Assembly: GCA_047632755.1 (NCBI GenBank) | Contig: JBLIDT010000009.1 | Location: forward strand, 17,424-81,423 | DNA length: 64,000 nucleotides | Reading direction: 5' to 3' | Origin: Cryomorphaceae bacterium | Lineage (GTDB): Bacteria > Bacteroidota > Bacteroidia > Flavobacteriales_D > Cryomorphaceae | Shown here: in pieces, positions 17,959 to 29,180 of the stretch | Position numbering within the stretch: position 1 is the first letter of the stretch | How the letters are laid out: each line of letters starts with the position of its first letter | The notes under the pieces: model-generated | Told to the model about the DNA's origin: nothing | Seen by the model: only the letters and a program-made list of their open reading frames with translations | Databases searched by the model: none | Program-made: the position numbers and the translations under genes

Positions 17959-20007
17959 CTATAGAATAATCATTTTTCTCGTTAGTCTTTCGCTTTCAGT
18001 TGCTACACCGTAAGTGTAAGTTCCAGCAGCTAAACCAGCACGGTTGAAATCAACCATTTGGTTAGTCAAAGCAGGCACATTACCACGGTCTTCGCTGTAT
18101 ACAAGTTTACCTGTAATATCGAATACTTCAAAAGTAACAGCAGCAGCCTCATCAAGTTGGAATTGAATTCTAGTATTGTCAACTACCGGGTTAGGGAAGT
18201 TTTGAGTCAACTTAATTCCACTTTCGTAGCTGATGTCAGAAACGCTGGTAATTAATTCAGTACCAAAGGCCAAATTGTAAACTGAACCTCCGAAGAAGTA
18301 CCATCCTTGAGGACCTGTAGATAAATCATCAAAGTCGAGAAGCACAGAAGAAGATGCCTTACGTGTCGAGGTAGTCCCTAGAAACACCAACTCTTCTCCG
18401 AAAAGTGGAAGACGCATCTCTGCTTGATAGATCAATCCTGGCTCAATAAGAACAGCACTAGGAAGAGTTACTTCAATCCAAACAGGAGTAGAAGTAGGTG
18501 ACAGTTCATCTTCATCCACTTCGTAGATTACTGCATCGTCGTCATCTTCGTTGTAACTGAAGAAAAGGTTCATTGGGTTGTCCTCATTTTCTTCTTCAAG
18601 TACAGAACCTGTTCGAACGTTCAAGAAGATTTGCTCACCTACACCATCAATTGATTCGTCGTTGAGAGCGAATCGAACCTTTGTGATAGCTCTGTTGGCA
18701 TCTCCAGCGCTAAAAGAATAACGAGTACCTGAAATGATGTCTTGACCGTCAGCACCAAGCTGTGTTAATGAGTTTTCGTGTTGAATGATGGCTCCACCTT
18801 CGGTAGCATCATCTGAGATTCTTGTGAAAAGAGAAACGCCAACATTGTTACCTGGAAACTCATCTTCTTGATCTTGCACTACTGTAAATCCAACTTCGTA
18901 AAGACCGTTTGGAAGGTCAGCTTCTCCGTTTATTGCCCAGTTCGCAGGAACTTGACCGTAGAAACGAATGGTGTCTGTAACACCTGGAGCAAGTGTAATA
19001 GGATCACTTGAAAGAGTTTCTGCAGTGCCATCAGGATCAGTTAGGGTAACGACGAGTGTAACACCTGTCTGCTCTAATGCACCACCGTTTGTTACACCAC
19101 AAGCAAAGTTGAATTCTCTTGTAGAATAATCAGGCTGAGTGTGGTATTCGAAAGAAGTGACTTGATCAAGATCAGTCGTCTCCTCACTAGCGTAGAAGTA
19201 GCTTCCACCAAGTTCGAAGAACGTTTCGTAGTGATCATCATAGAAAGTCTCTCCAATAATAACTTCGTTCTCAGGAAGAGAAGAAACAACCAAGTCATCA
19301 ATCATCCATCCGTAACCTGAACCGAAGCTGTTAACCTGATCCTGAGTAAGGTCAGGATTGCCAGCAAGAGCGTCAGAAGCCCAACGAAAACGGACTCTTA
19401 TGTCCGCTTGTCCTGCGGCAACACTTGTGACATCAATAGTCAACTCGCCTTGAATTGCAGGTTCATTGGTTACCAAATCATCATTTACAAGGAAAGGCAC
19501 CCAAGAATTTCCACCATTATTGGATACTTCAAGGTAGTTTTCATCGTAGTTGAATGCTCTTGCGCGCTGGTTGAAAGTGATGGCTACATCCGCCAATTCA
19601 CTGCAGTCAATGACATCATTCAATTCTAGAATTGAATTTTGGGGAAGAACATCATCCGAGTTCAACAGAAAAGAAATACCATCAAATTCACCGAATCCGT
19701 TTTCTGGAGTTACCGATTGCATAGCACCCATGAAGTCAAGTACATTTGGACTTGCTTCAGTCACTATATTCCATGTGCCCTGTTCTCCTTCATTCGTAAA
19801 AGTCCAATCCGTTTCATCATCAAACTCATTTGTATAGACGGTGTTTTTCGCGCCCGAAGTTGAGTAATCAATCTTTGCGTCTTGCTGCATTTCTGGAGCT
19901 TGGATGTAAGAATGCAGAGTCTTATTTGCCTCTTGGCTGCTCTGAGCCATAGATTGAAGACCAAATACTGAGGCTAGGGCACCTAAAATGTAAGTTTTTA
20001 ATTTCAT
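17959..20007 (-). CDS. T9SS-sorted secreted protein, paralog 1 of 3
   Basis: 682 aa. Signal peptide MKLKTYILGALASVFGLQSMAQ and C-terminal QNFPNPVVDNTRIQFQL…GTYTYGVATESERLTRKMIIL sorting domain. It shares the blocks STGPQGW, NVRTGSVLEEE and GGALEQTGVTLVVT with the next two genes. Confidence 0.85.
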   Translation of the reverse strand: MKLKTYILGALASVFGLQSMAQSSQEANKTLHSYIQAPEMQQDAKIDYSTSGAKNTVYTNEFDDETDWTFTNEGEQGTWNIVTEASPNVLDFMGAMQSVTPENGFGEFDGISFLLNSDDVLPQNSILELNDVIDCSELADVAITFNQRARAFNYDENYLEVSNNGGNSWVPFLVNDDLVTNEPAIQGELTIDVTSVAAGQADIRVRFRWASDALAGNPDLTQDQVNSFGSGYGWMIDDLVVSSLPENEVIIGETFYDDHYETFFELGGSYFYASEETTDLDQVTSFEYHTQPDYSTREFNFACGVTNGGALEQTGVTLVVTLTDPDGTAETLSSDPITLAPGVTDTIRFYGQVPANWAINGEADLPNGLYEVGFTVVQDQEDEFPGNNVGVSLFTRISDDATEGGAIIQHENSLTQLGADGQDIISGTRYSFSAGDANRAITKVRFALNDESIDGVGEQIFLNVRTGSVLEEENEDNPMNLFFSYNEDDDDAVIYEVDEDELSPTSTPVWIEVTLPSAVLIEPGLIYQAEMRLPLFGEELVFLGTTSTRKASSSVLLDFDDLSTGPQGWYFFGGSVYNLAFGTELITSVSDISYESGIKLTQNFPNPVVDNTRIQFQLDEAAAVTFEVFDITGKLVYSEDRGNVPALTNQMVDFNRAGLAAGTYTYGVATESERLTRKMIIL

Positions 20008-20190
20008 GAGGTTTTGGTGATAGGTGTAACTAATTACGTTTTAGTGGTCGAATCTACTAAAAATAATGGCTGATTCGTTTTACTAATCCATTAGCATATA
20101 ATACATAGCCGCTGTATGGGACCTTACTAGTTCCTTTCTTCATTCTTCTAGAGTTGTTCGACGGGATTTATTCGAGACAATTTAAAGCAC

Positions 20191-20222
20191 AAAAAAACCC
20201 CGCTGCAGCGCAGCGGGGTTTT
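20191..20222 (-). terminator. Rho-independent terminator of T9SS paralog 2
   Basis: aaaaaaa ccccgctgc agc gcagcgggg tttt. It is a duplicate of the 17905 terminator, with one compensatory base-pair change in the stem. Confidence 0.8.
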
Positions 20223-20244
20223 GATTGAAACAAGTTTCAGTTGA

Positions 20245-22362
20245 TTATTCGATAATCATTTTTCTTGTTACGCGTTCGTTTTCAGTCACGATACTGTAGG
20301 TGTACGTGCCTGCCGCCAAAGCTCTGCTGTTGAAACTAACAACCTGCGCTGACATAGCTGGTACATTCCCATAGTCCTTTTGATAAACGATTCTACCTGT
20401 AATGTCAAACACTTCAAAAGTCACTTGGCTTGCGTTGTCCAGTTGAAATTGAATCATAGTGTTGTCAACAACTGGGTTGGGGTAGTTTTGAGTCAACTTA
20501 ATTCCACTTTCGTAAGTCACGTCATTCGTGCTAACTAAGGCATCAACCGCTGTACGGAATCGAATAAGGGGAGCTAAATCACCTAACGTAAACCATCCTT
20601 GTGGACCAGTTGAAGGCTCTGCAAAGTCATAGAGTACTCCTGCGCCTGCTTCTTGTAAGTTTGACTGCGCGTGGATAACGGCTGCAAACCCAATAGGCGG
20701 TACTTGTGCTTCTGCTTGGTAAATTACATTTGGACTTATCAAGATGGGAGTTGGTAGCTCGACTGAAATCCAATTGGTGGTTCCAGCAGAAAGATCTTCT
20801 TCTAACAACACATATTCGATTTCATCTTCTTCAAAATACCTAAAATCGGGATTATCTTCCGATTCTTCCGTGAGTACTGATCCAGTTCTCACGTTAATAT
20901 TCATAATCTCACCAGGAGTTGAGGGTGCATTTGTACTTGCTGATAACACAAATTCTACATGAGTTATGTAGGCTGCGTTGCCTTCTGCCACGTCGGCTTC
21001 AGTAAAAACAAAACGGTTAGCCCAAATCACATCGTCTCCTAGAGTTGGATAGAAGTTGGTAAATGCATTTCTGTCATTCTGCATGAATGCAAATCCATCA
21101 TTGTCCGCATCCGTGCTAATTCTAGTTGATCGAATAGCTCCAATGTTGTCGTCTGGTCTTTCGTCTGGTGCAGCTTGCACTATTTCATACTCAAACGTAT
21201 AAACTCCTGCCGCAGGAGTTTCCCACCACGTAGGTGTCTGATCATATACGCGCAATGTATCTGTTTGTCCTACGCCCAGAGTAATCGGGTCAGAAGTTGG
21301 TAATTCGGCCAAAGGTTCACCATCTAAAAAGGCTGTCACTATTAGCGTAACGTCAGTTTGTTCTAGAGCTCCATTGTTTGAAACGGCAGCAGCAAAGTTG
21401 AATGGACGGGTAATATATTCGGGTTGATTCCAGTATTCAAACTTGCGGACGTAATCTAGATCTGACTCTTCTAAAGGAGATTCGAAGTGATTATTGAAAT
21501 ACGTATCGCCAATAGCGACATCGTTTTGTGGAACCGCAACGATTTGTATGTCATCGAACATACTGTAGTAATGTGTTGCTCCACCTAACAATAGAGGGTC
21601 CCAAATGAACCTAACTTTACAATCTGTCAAGTCGGATGCACCAGCCAATACCTCGGTAATGTTTATACCCAGATTGGTTGAAGTTGTAATGTTTCCTTCT
21701 CCACCACTGATGATAAATAGATCGAAGTTAGCCCATGTAGTACCACCGTTTGTAGAGAATTGAACTGTGAGGGCATAGTCGCTGCAGCACATGCGCCATT
21801 GTTGCCAGAACGAAAGAAGTCCACCAGTTACTCCTGTGAGATCCATACTCGGAGAAATTAGAATGGCATCCACCACGTTGCTTGTTAAACTTTCAATTCC
21901 TTGATCAGCCACTTCAGTAGCTATAGAATTGAAGCGATCAGCATCTAGCATCATAAAACCATTATCAGCAGTTGTAGATGGTATGGTAACCGTATTTCCC
22001 ATGAAGTTTGGAAGGATATCGCCATACGCAGTAGTAGTCGTAAGTGGCGATGATGGATCATATCCATCTGTAGCTCCTATTGGGTATGATACGAACCAGT
22101 AGTCTCCTTGTGCGCCTTCAGTTGTCCATTCTCCATTGTCACCCTGACCCGCAAATCCGTTTGAAAAGTCTTCTGACCAGAATACCTCTGGTTCTGTGCC
22201 TCCGCCTTTCTCGTTATTACTCGAAACAATGGCTTTGGTGTCTTGCATAAGCAGGGCTTTGCTGGTTGCCGGTGTTTCGAACTTTGTGATGTCCGAATTT
22301 TGGGCGATACCTGAAAGCGCAAACATGCTTAGCGCACTTGCTAAGTAAAATTTTAATTTCAT
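20245..22362 (-). CDS. T9SS-sorted secreted protein, paralog 2 of 3
   Basis: 705 aa. Signal peptide MKLKFYLASALSMFALSGIAQ; CTD QNYPNPVVDNTMIQFQL…GTYTYSIVTENERVTRKMIIE. Confidence 0.85.
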   Translation of the reverse strand: MKLKFYLASALSMFALSGIAQNSDITKFETPATSKALLMQDTKAIVSSNNEKGGGTEPEVFWSEDFSNGFAGQGDNGEWTTEGAQGDYWFVSYPIGATDGYDPSSPLTTTTAYGDILPNFMGNTVTIPSTTADNGFMMLDADRFNSIATEVADQGIESLTSNVVDAILISPSMDLTGVTGGLLSFWQQWRMCCSDYALTVQFSTNGGTTWANFDLFIISGGEGNITTSTNLGINITEVLAGASDLTDCKVRFIWDPLLLGGATHYYSMFDDIQIVAVPQNDVAIGDTYFNNHFESPLEESDLDYVRKFEYWNQPEYITRPFNFAAAVSNNGALEQTDVTLIVTAFLDGEPLAELPTSDPITLGVGQTDTLRVYDQTPTWWETPAAGVYTFEYEIVQAAPDERPDDNIGAIRSTRISTDADNDGFAFMQNDRNAFTNFYPTLGDDVIWANRFVFTEADVAEGNAAYITHVEFVLSASTNAPSTPGEIMNINVRTGSVLTEESEDNPDFRYFEEDEIEYVLLEEDLSAGTTNWISVELPTPILISPNVIYQAEAQVPPIGFAAVIHAQSNLQEAGAGVLYDFAEPSTGPQGWFTLGDLAPLIRFRTAVDALVSTNDVTYESGIKLTQNYPNPVVDNTMIQFQLDNASQVTFEVFDITGRIVYQKDYGNVPAMSAQVVSFNSRALAAGTYTYSIVTENERVTRKMIIE

Positions 22363-22510
22363 AAGGATTGGTGTTAGTTATACTTTAGTTAAGGTCGTAA
22401 AAATAGTCAAAATAGTTATTCGTCCACCGTATTTCCGAAGCTCAATCTACCGACAAATAGGGTAATTGAATTCCAATATTGACGGTTTTTTTGAATTTCA
22501 AAAGTTTCCC

Positions 22511-22550
22511 AAAAAAAAAAGAAGGGGCTGCCTATTGTGGCAGCCCCTTC
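22511..22550 (-). terminator. Rho-independent terminator of T9SS paralog 3
   Basis: aaaaaaaaaa gaaggggctgcc tattgt ggcagccccttc. A 12-bp stem followed by T10 on the minus strand. Confidence 0.85.
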
Positions 22551-22579
22551 AAATTATTAGTAAATCGCTTTTAGTCTTC

Positions 22580-24508
22580 TTACTTAGTAATAACCATTTT
22601 GCGAACTATTCTATTGTTTCCAACTTTAAGACCGTATTGGTATACTCCAGCGGCAAGTTTAAGGTTGTCAAGAACAATTTCTTCCTGAACTCCTGCAGGA
22701 CGATCTCCCAAGTCTTTCTGGTAGATTGTTTTACCCGTATTATCACTAATTGCAAAAGTGACATTCTCGGCAGCAACTTTCAATTCCCAAGAAATTCTTG
22801 TCGAACCGTTTGAAACAGGGTTAGGGTAGTTTTGACCCATTGAGAAGTCTAAGCTTCCAACGTCATTGGTACTAGTTGGACCATCGAATCCTGCTCTTAC
22901 GTTTGGTGTGTTGGCACCCAACGTGAACCATCCTTGAGGTCCAGTTGATGGATCAGTAAAGTCATAAAGTACTCCTGCACCACCTTCCTGGCCATTAGAA
23001 ACTGGAATGGTAGCAATAGGTGATCCCACCTCAGGTACTTCAAATTCTGCTTGGTACAAAACTCCAGGTGATAAATCAATGGAAGAATCGTCTGGGAAGA
23101 AAACCGTAATGTAGATTGCTTCTCCACCTGTCGAAACATCACCTTCTGAAATCACATAAGACAAATCATCCTCTCCGAAAAATCTGTTCATTACGTTTTC
23201 AGCGCTCTCGTCTTCAAGGACAGAACCTTGTCGAAGATTCACAAATACTTCCTCTCCGATTACTGTAGGATCGTCTGTTGCGTCAACTAGTGCGAACTGA
23301 ATGTAATTCACTTCCGTTTCTTCTTCAACCGTAAACTGATTTCCCCAAATAGCTGCTTGAGAGATATTGTACCAACCAGTATATCCTGCTCCGCCGTCAT
23401 TTGTCATTTTTTCAGTTCCCACTGAGAATGATTTTGTAGGTGCCGTATTGTTGCCTGGTAGGGCATCTTCTTCGTTAATCAAAACTTCGAAGTCTACAGT
23501 ATAATCACCTAGTGCTCCACCATCGGTCATAAAGGCTACCAACATTTCGTCATCGATTGTGATCACGGTGTCTTCACCTGAAAGCAGCTCGTCAATTGAA
23601 GCGTTAAAAGTCTCCGTTCCGTTGGGAGTAGTTACAGTAGCAACAAAGGTAATTCCTGTTGATGCTTCTGCTCCTTGGTTTGTTATATCACCTACAAATG
23701 TGAATGGACGCACGTGATTTTGACGGTATTCGCTGTACTCAATGTTTTCAATGTAGTCTAAATCGAGGTAGTCAGTTTGACCGATCAATATAAACTCGTC
23801 ATAATATGCAGAGTTAAGAACAACATCGTTAGCGGGTGTTTCTATTATTTGCATGTCGTCAACAGCCCAGTGCCATCCCCAGTTTGCAACAAAATGAAAG
23901 CGAACTCGGACGTTTGGCTCATTGCCAATTTCATCACCAACATTTATGGTAACAATCCCTGGGTTTTCTGTATTGGTATTTGTCTCTAGATCGAGATTTA
24001 CTGGAATGGGAATCCATGAATTACCAAAATCAATGCTGAAATCAACAAAGTACGTAGTCGCAAAGTTCCGTGAATTTTGTTCGAAAATAAAAGACACATT
24101 TTGAGCACCTAAAAGACTGAAGTCTTCATTGTACTCAATAAAACAGTCTTGTACGGAACCGTCTCCCGCAGGATCTCCGTTAACGAAGGCAAACCCATTG
24201 TCTGCAGTAGTAAACGAGATAGGGCTCAGTGCTGCAACTGGACTGGCAAGCACATCAGTGATGATCTCCCAATCTAGATCCGGGGTACTTTCGTTGTATA
24301 CATCCCATTTAGAAGGATCGGAAAAATCATCTTCCCAGAGTACGATCTCGCTTCCTTTTTGCGTGTTTACAGCATTGGCCTTGTTTGGCTTAGCCAACTC
24401 AACGAACCCCTTTTTGGTGATAAGTTGATTTTGCTCTCTGCTAGTCTGTGCTAGAACTACGCCTGCACTTAGACTTAGAGCCGTTAGTAAGTAGAATTGT
24501 TTTTTCAT
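22580..24508 (-). CDS. T9SS-sorted secreted protein, paralog 3 of 3 (most divergent)
   Basis: The likely start is ATG 24508 (MKKQFYLLTALSLSAGVVLAQ) rather than the track start at 24562. CTD: QNYPNPVSNGSTRISWEL…GVYQYGLKVGNNRIVRKMVITK. Confidence 0.85.
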   Translation of the reverse strand: MKKQFYLLTALSLSAGVVLAQTSREQNQLITKKGFVELAKPNKANAVNTQKGSEIVLWEDDFSDPSKWDVYNESTPDLDWEIITDVLASPVAALSPISFTTADNGFAFVNGDPAGDGSVQDCFIEYNEDFSLLGAQNVSFIFEQNSRNFATTYFVDFSIDFGNSWIPIPVNLDLETNTNTENPGIVTINVGDEIGNEPNVRVRFHFVANWGWHWAVDDMQIIETPANDVVLNSAYYDEFILIGQTDYLDLDYIENIEYSEYRQNHVRPFTFVGDITNQGAEASTGITFVATVTTPNGTETFNASIDELLSGEDTVITIDDEMLVAFMTDGGALGDYTVDFEVLINEEDALPGNNTAPTKSFSVGTEKMTNDGGAGYTGWYNISQAAIWGNQFTVEEETEVNYIQFALVDATDDPTVIGEEVFVNLRQGSVLEDESAENVMNRFFGEDDLSYVISEGDVSTGGEAIYITVFFPDDSSIDLSPGVLYQAEFEVPEVGSPIATIPVSNGQEGGAGVLYDFTDPSTGPQGWFTLGANTPNVRAGFDGPTSTNDVGSLDFSMGQNYPNPVSNGSTRISWELKVAAENVTFAISDNTGKTIYQKDLGDRPAGVQEEIVLDNLKLAAGVYQYGLKVGNNRIVRKMVITK

Positions 24509-24524
24509 AGGATTAATTTGTTTC

Positions 24525-24532
24525 CAAATATA
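24525..24532 (-). promoter_or_regulatory. Candidate Bacteroidota -7 box TATATTTG for paralog 3
   Basis: The minus strand reads TATATTTG, matching the TAnnTTTG consensus, 17 nt upstream of ATG 24508. Confidence 0.35.
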
Positions 24533-24613
24533 CAAACTAAACATTGCGGTAGCATTATTCAATTAATAAACAAGTTGAACTCCCACGTTAAAGGTCCAGT
24601 TAGGAACTATTAA

Positions 24614-27505
24614 CTATTGATCAAGAAATTCAACTTCGCTCTCTTCATAATTCGACAAAGGCGGGCAAGAGCACATTAGGTTTCTATCCCCCAAAGCATT
24701 GTCTACTCTTCCGACAGGTGCCCAAAACTTCGCATTCCTTAAGTAACCCAGCGGGTAGGCCGCTTTTTCGCGAGAGTAGGCGTGTTCCCATTTATCGGCA
24801 GTAACTTCCAATGCCGTGTGCGGTGCATTCTTTAGTACGTTATCGTCTTTGGGATAAATTTCCTTTTCGATCTCTTCAATCTCTTTTCTGATTTGAAGCA
24901 TCGCATCGCAAAAACGATCCAATTCGCCTTTGGATTCACTCTCGGTGGGCTCAATCATCAAGGTTCCAGCTACTGGCCAAGAGACCGTTGGAGCATGGAA
25001 CCCAAAATCAATTAAGCGTTTTGCGATATCAGCTACTTCCACATTGGCCATGGCTTTAAATGGACGGCAGTCTACCACCATTTCGTGCGCCACTGTATCG
25101 TTCTTTCCCTTATAAAGAATGTTGTATGAGCCGCTCAATCTAGCTTTGATATAATTGGCATTGAGTATCGCGTATTTGGAGGCATCCGTTACCCCATCTC
25201 TTCCCAGCATCTTTATGTATCCATAAGAGATCAAAAGAATCAATGCACTTCCGAAAGGAGCTGCTGAAACAGCGCTGATGTTGCTGCTTCCTCCCGTTTC
25301 GCCTGCCGAGTGTCCTGGTAGAAATGGTACCAAATGAGAGGCAACGCAGATTGGTCCCATTCCTGGACCACCACCACCGTGAGGAATGGCGAAAGTTTTG
25401 TGAAGATTGAGGTGGCATACGTCTGCACCAATAATTCCAGGATTTGTTAATCCTACCTGAGCGTTCATATTGGCGCCGTCCATATAAACCTGACCGCCAT
25501 TCTCGTGAATGATTTGATTGATTTCCACGACGCCTTCTTCAAATACACCATGGGTAGATGGGTAGGTAATCATCAATGCTGAAAGGTTCTCTGTATTTGC
25601 CTCCGCCTTTTGACGCAAGTCTTCCACATCAATATTTCCTTGATCGTCGCACTTGATCACCACTACCTTCATTCCAGCCATCACTGCACTTGCTGGGTTT
25701 GTGCCGTGGGCGCTTTCTGGAATCAGGGCTATGTTTCTATGGTATTCTCCTCGGCTGTGGTGGTAATTTCTGATTACCATCAAACCAGAGTACTCTCCTT
25801 GTGCGCCGCTGTTTGGCTGAAGTGACACACCTGAAAAACCTGTTATTTCACAAAGCTGACGCTTCAGCTCTTCAAACATTTCACGGTAACCCGAAGTCTG
25901 GGTAGAAGGTGCAAATGGATGAATATTTGCCCACTCAGGCCAAGTGATTGGCATCAGCTCGCTTGCTGCATTGAGCTTCATCGTGCACGAACCTAAAGCG
26001 ATCATGCTGTGGGTTAGTGAAAGGTCTTTGTTTTCAAGTCTTTTGATGTAACGCATCAACTCCGTTTCGCTGTGGTACATGTTGAACACAGGATGTTCTA
26101 AAAAAGCACTTTCCCGGCTGAAGAATTCTTGAATGGGAGACTCTGCCGTAGCGGGAATATCATTTGGTTCAAGTCCTGATACTTCCAGGAATACCTCGTA
26201 GATATCTTGAAAGTCGTGGCGAGAAATGGTCTCGTCCATACTGATTCCTATGTGGTTCGAGTTGAAAAAGCGAAGGTTTATTTCCTTTTCATTCGCTATT
26301 TCTTCAATCCTCACTTTGGTCACTCCTTTAGGCAATTCGATAAATAAGGTATCGAAGTAGACCTTGTTTAAGACAGTAAACCCTAGATTTCCCAGTCCTG
26401 CTGCTAGTCGTGTAGTCTTGAGGTGAATGTTTTCTGCGATGGTTTTTAATCCTACAGGTCCGTGGTATACGGCATACATGGAAGCCATAACTGCCAGCAG
26501 CGCTTGTGCGGTGCAAATGTTTGAAGTGGCTTTGTCTCTTCTGATGTGCTGCTCCCTGGTCTGCAATGCCAGCCTAAAAGCTGGTTGACCATGGCTATCT
26601 TCAGAAACACCAATTATTCTACCTGGGATGTGTCTTTTGAACTCTTCTTTCGTTGCAAAGAATGCCGCATGAGGCCCACCGAATCCCATTGGGACGCCAA
26701 AACGTTGTGTGTTTCCCACTACCACGTCAGCTCCCCACTCACCTGGAGGTGTTAAAAGAGTTAAGCTCATTAAATCTGAAGCTACGGCTACTTTGGCGCC
26801 TGCCTCATGTGCTTCATCGACGAATTCGCGGTAGTCATCTACACTTCCAATTCCATCAGGGTACTGAAGAAGAATACCAAAGAAGGAATCTGTTATATTG
26901 AAATCTTCATGATTTCCAATGATCAAATCAATGTCGAGCGGTACGGCTCTGGTTTTGAGTACGTCAATGGTTTGCGGAAAGCATTTTTCAGAAACGAAAA
27001 AACGATTTGCTCCTGCCTTAACAGCCTGTCTTTGACGTGTGGAGAAGAACATGCTCATTGCTTCAGCAGCAGCGGTGGCTTCATCCAAAAGTGAGGCATT
27101 GGCGATTTCCATCGAGGTAAGATCCATCACCATGGTTTGGAAATTGATCAAAGCCTCTAGCCTCCCTTGTGCTATTTCACTTTGGTAAGGAGTATAGGCG
27201 GTATACCAACCTGGATTTTCCAAAACATTTCTCTGGATTGCAGGCGGGACGATAGTATTGTAGTACCCCATCCCGATGTAGCTGCGAAAAACATCATTCT
27301 TTTTAGCCAACACTTCCAATTCTCTCAAATACCAGTGTTCGCTTCGAGAGGACGGTAGATTTAGTGGTGCCTTCAAACGAATCTCTGAGGGAACCGTTTT
27401 GTCAATCAGCTCATCCAATGAATCATAACCGATGGTGGCCATCATCTCTTTAACTTGAGCATCTCTTGGGCCAATGTGTCTTTTTGGGAAATTTCGTAAA
27501 GGCAT
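24614..27505 (-). CDS. gcvP: Glycine dehydrogenase (decarboxylating), glycine cleavage P protein
   Basis: 963 aa single-chain GcvP. Typical N-terminus (FPKRHIGP…) and PLP region ([18 protein letters not shown]). Confidence 0.95.
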   Translation of the reverse strand: MPLRNFPKRHIGPRDAQVKEMMATIGYDSLDELIDKTVPSEIRLKAPLNLPSSRSEHWYLRELEVLAKKNDVFRSYIGMGYYNTIVPPAIQRNVLENPGWYTAYTPYQSEIAQGRLEALINFQTMVMDLTSMEIANASLLDEATAAAEAMSMFFSTRQRQAVKAGANRFFVSEKCFPQTIDVLKTRAVPLDIDLIIGNHEDFNITDSFFGILLQYPDGIGSVDDYREFVDEAHEAGAKVAVASDLMSLTLLTPPGEWGADVVVGNTQRFGVPMGFGGPHAAFFATKEEFKRHIPGRIIGVSEDSHGQPAFRLALQTREQHIRRDKATSNICTAQALLAVMASMYAVYHGPVGLKTIAENIHLKTTRLAAGLGNLGFTVLNKVYFDTLFIELPKGVTKVRIEEIANEKEINLRFFNSNHIGISMDETISRHDFQDIYEVFLEVSGLEPNDIPATAESPIQEFFSRESAFLEHPVFNMYHSETELMRYIKRLENKDLSLTHSMIALGSCTMKLNAASELMPITWPEWANIHPFAPSTQTSGYREMFEELKRQLCEITGFSGVSLQPNSGAQGEYSGLMVIRNYHHSRGEYHRNIALIPESAHGTNPASAVMAGMKVVVIKCDDQGNIDVEDLRQKAEANTENLSALMITYPSTHGVFEEGVVEINQIIHENGGQVYMDGANMNAQVGLTNPGIIGADVCHLNLHKTFAIPHGGGGPGMGPICVASHLVPFLPGHSAGETGGSSNISAVSAAPFGSALILLISYGYIKMLGRDGVTDASKYAILNANYIKARLSGSYNILYKGKNDTVAHEMVVDCRPFKAMANVEVADIAKRLIDFGFHAPTVSWPVAGTLMIEPTESESKGELDRFCDAMLQIRKEIEEIEKEIYPKDDNVLKNAPHTALEVTADKWEHAYSREKAAYPLGYLRNAKFWAPVGRVDNALGDRNLMCSCPPLSNYEESEVEFLDQ

Positions 27506-27610
27506 TTTCAGTAGGGTTTTTGGTAATTTCAGCGTGTAAATATAGTATGAATTGACTCAGAACGGTTTTGGTACCTTCGCGGTTTAAATCTTCTGGTAAT
27601 TTTTTTGTTT

Positions 27611-28357
27611 ATGTTTTTCAGTAGTCTGGAACACAGCTTTTTGAGGCTGATATTTGTTATGGTTGGATGCGTCGGATTCTCCTCCATCCACGCCCAAGAA
27701 AAAGGCGAATTGCTTCTCATGAATGGCAAGTTGATTGAAGTTGAAAATTTAAACGATACTTCTTTCACAAATCTTCAGTATCGCCTAGACAAAAACCAAT
27801 TCAAAAGGAAGCAAATTGATTTGCGTTCAGCGCGAAAACAGAATGAAAGTGAGAGGATAGGTTTCCAATCGCAGAAGGGATTGGAAGTTCCCATCGTGCT
27901 CCGAGATGGAGCAATGGATAGAGATGCTGTGTTTTCTTTCCAGCCCACGGCAGGCGAAGAAAGGGTGTACTATTTCTACGATGAGCCTTTGGGCAATGTC
28001 GCTTCGGTAGAAGAAATGCGCGCTTTCGTCGTAGGAGAGCGTGATGCTCGTTTTGGCCTTACCGGAAATGCATGGCTCTATGGTGGGATGGCTGTCGGAT
28101 TAATGACCGGATATGCCGCTAGAGGAAGTGTTTTGGCATTGGCCGTTCCTCCTTTAGTGGCCTTAACGGCGCGAATTCCTGTGGTGAGGATCAAAGAAAA
28201 AAATATTCAGGATCTCAGTTATAAGTTTAACGAGGACTATGCCGCAGGTTATGAAACCTATGCGCGTAGCAAATACGCTAGAAAAGCTTTACTGGGTAGC
28301 GCCATAGGTACCGCAATTGGCCTCCTCACTTATGCCATTGTAGACAACAATCTTTGA
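27611..28357 (+). CDS. Hypothetical exported/membrane protein
   Basis: The first ATG is at 27611 (MFFSSLEHSFLRLIFVMVGCVGFSSIHAQ). There are three C-terminal hydrophobic segments and no motif I recognise. Confidence 0.5.
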   Translation: MFFSSLEHSFLRLIFVMVGCVGFSSIHAQEKGELLLMNGKLIEVENLNDTSFTNLQYRLDKNQFKRKQIDLRSARKQNESERIGFQSQKGLEVPIVLRDGAMDRDAVFSFQPTAGEERVYYFYDEPLGNVASVEEMRAFVVGERDARFGLTGNAWLYGGMAVGLMTGYAARGSVLALAVPPLVALTARIPVVRIKEKNIQDLSYKFNEDYAAGYETYARSKYARKALLGSAIGTAIGLLTYAIVDNNL

Positions 28358-28358
28358 T

Positions 28359-29180
28359 TTGAAAAACGCCTTGCTCGGTCCACTAAGGTTTTTAGGGAAC
28401 ACCAATCTCTTCATTTCACTAGGTTCTCTTTCCTCTGTTTTGGGCGCTGCTGCTTTCATCGGCGCAGAGCTCGACTATTCTCTGGCCTGTTTCGCTTTTT
28501 TCGCAGCTCTCTTCACGTATAATTTTCAAAGACGAATAGGAGACTTAACGCAAGATCAATCTTATTCGAAAACGGGCTCGACGATGATGATCTTCGGAAT
28601 CATTGGAATGGGTTATTTTGTTTTTAAGTTGGCCAATTATCAATTGGTCCTTATGGGTTTTGCTGGTTTTATTTCAATGGCTTATGCCTACCCATTTATT
28701 CCATCTGCTCGCGGAAAGATTAGTCTGAGGCTGGTGCCTGGAATGAAATTGTGGACCATCGTTCTTGTTTGGACCCTGTCGTGCGTTATTCTCCCCATCC
28801 TTGGATCAGAAATAGATACGAGAGTGTTGGTGCTCTTTATCCTCCAGCAAGCGCTATTTGTGACCGCCCTGACCATCCCTTTTGATATACGAGATCTGCC
28901 AGTCGATTGGCCCGAACAGAGAACCATACCGCAAGTATTTGGCGTAAGCAAGGCGCGCAACCTTGCCCTTGTCTTTCTCTTATTTTCCGCTGTTGCAAGC
29001 CTCTCTTTATTTCTTTTGAAAGAAATTGAGCTTAACCTCATCCTGATCCATATGGGTGTTCTTCTCCTTTCTGGGGGGCTTATTTCCAAAGTAAAGTCCA
29101 AGCGCGGCGAACTTTATTTTTCGATTGGGATAGATGGCATGCTGATCCTTCAAGGAGTTGGATTTTTCTTAGCCAGATAA
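28359..29180 (+). CDS. Polytopic membrane protein, possibly UbiA-type prenyltransferase-like
   Basis: 273 aa with about 8 hydrophobic helices. FDIRDLPVD resembles the second Asp-rich UbiA motif; the first motif is weak. TTG start. Confidence 0.4.
   Translation: MKNALLGPLRFLGNTNLFISLGSLSSVLGAAAFIGAELDYSLACFAFFAALFTYNFQRRIGDLTQDQSYSKTGSTMMIFGIIGMGYFVFKLANYQLVLMGFAGFISMAYAYPFIPSARGKISLRLVPGMKLWTIVLVWTLSCVILPILGSEIDTRVLVLFILQQALFVTALTIPFDIRDLPVDWPEQRTIPQVFGVSKARNLALVFLLFSAVASLSLFLLKEIELNLILIHMGVLLLSGGLISKVKSKRGELYFSIGIDGMLILQGVGFFLAR

Noticed and set aside
27506-27604. Looked for a glycine riboswitch upstream of gcvP.
   Set aside because: The leader is only about 100 nt and lacks the conserved GGAGA / ACCGAAGG-type cores. 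I saw only a TAnnTTTa-like promoter element.
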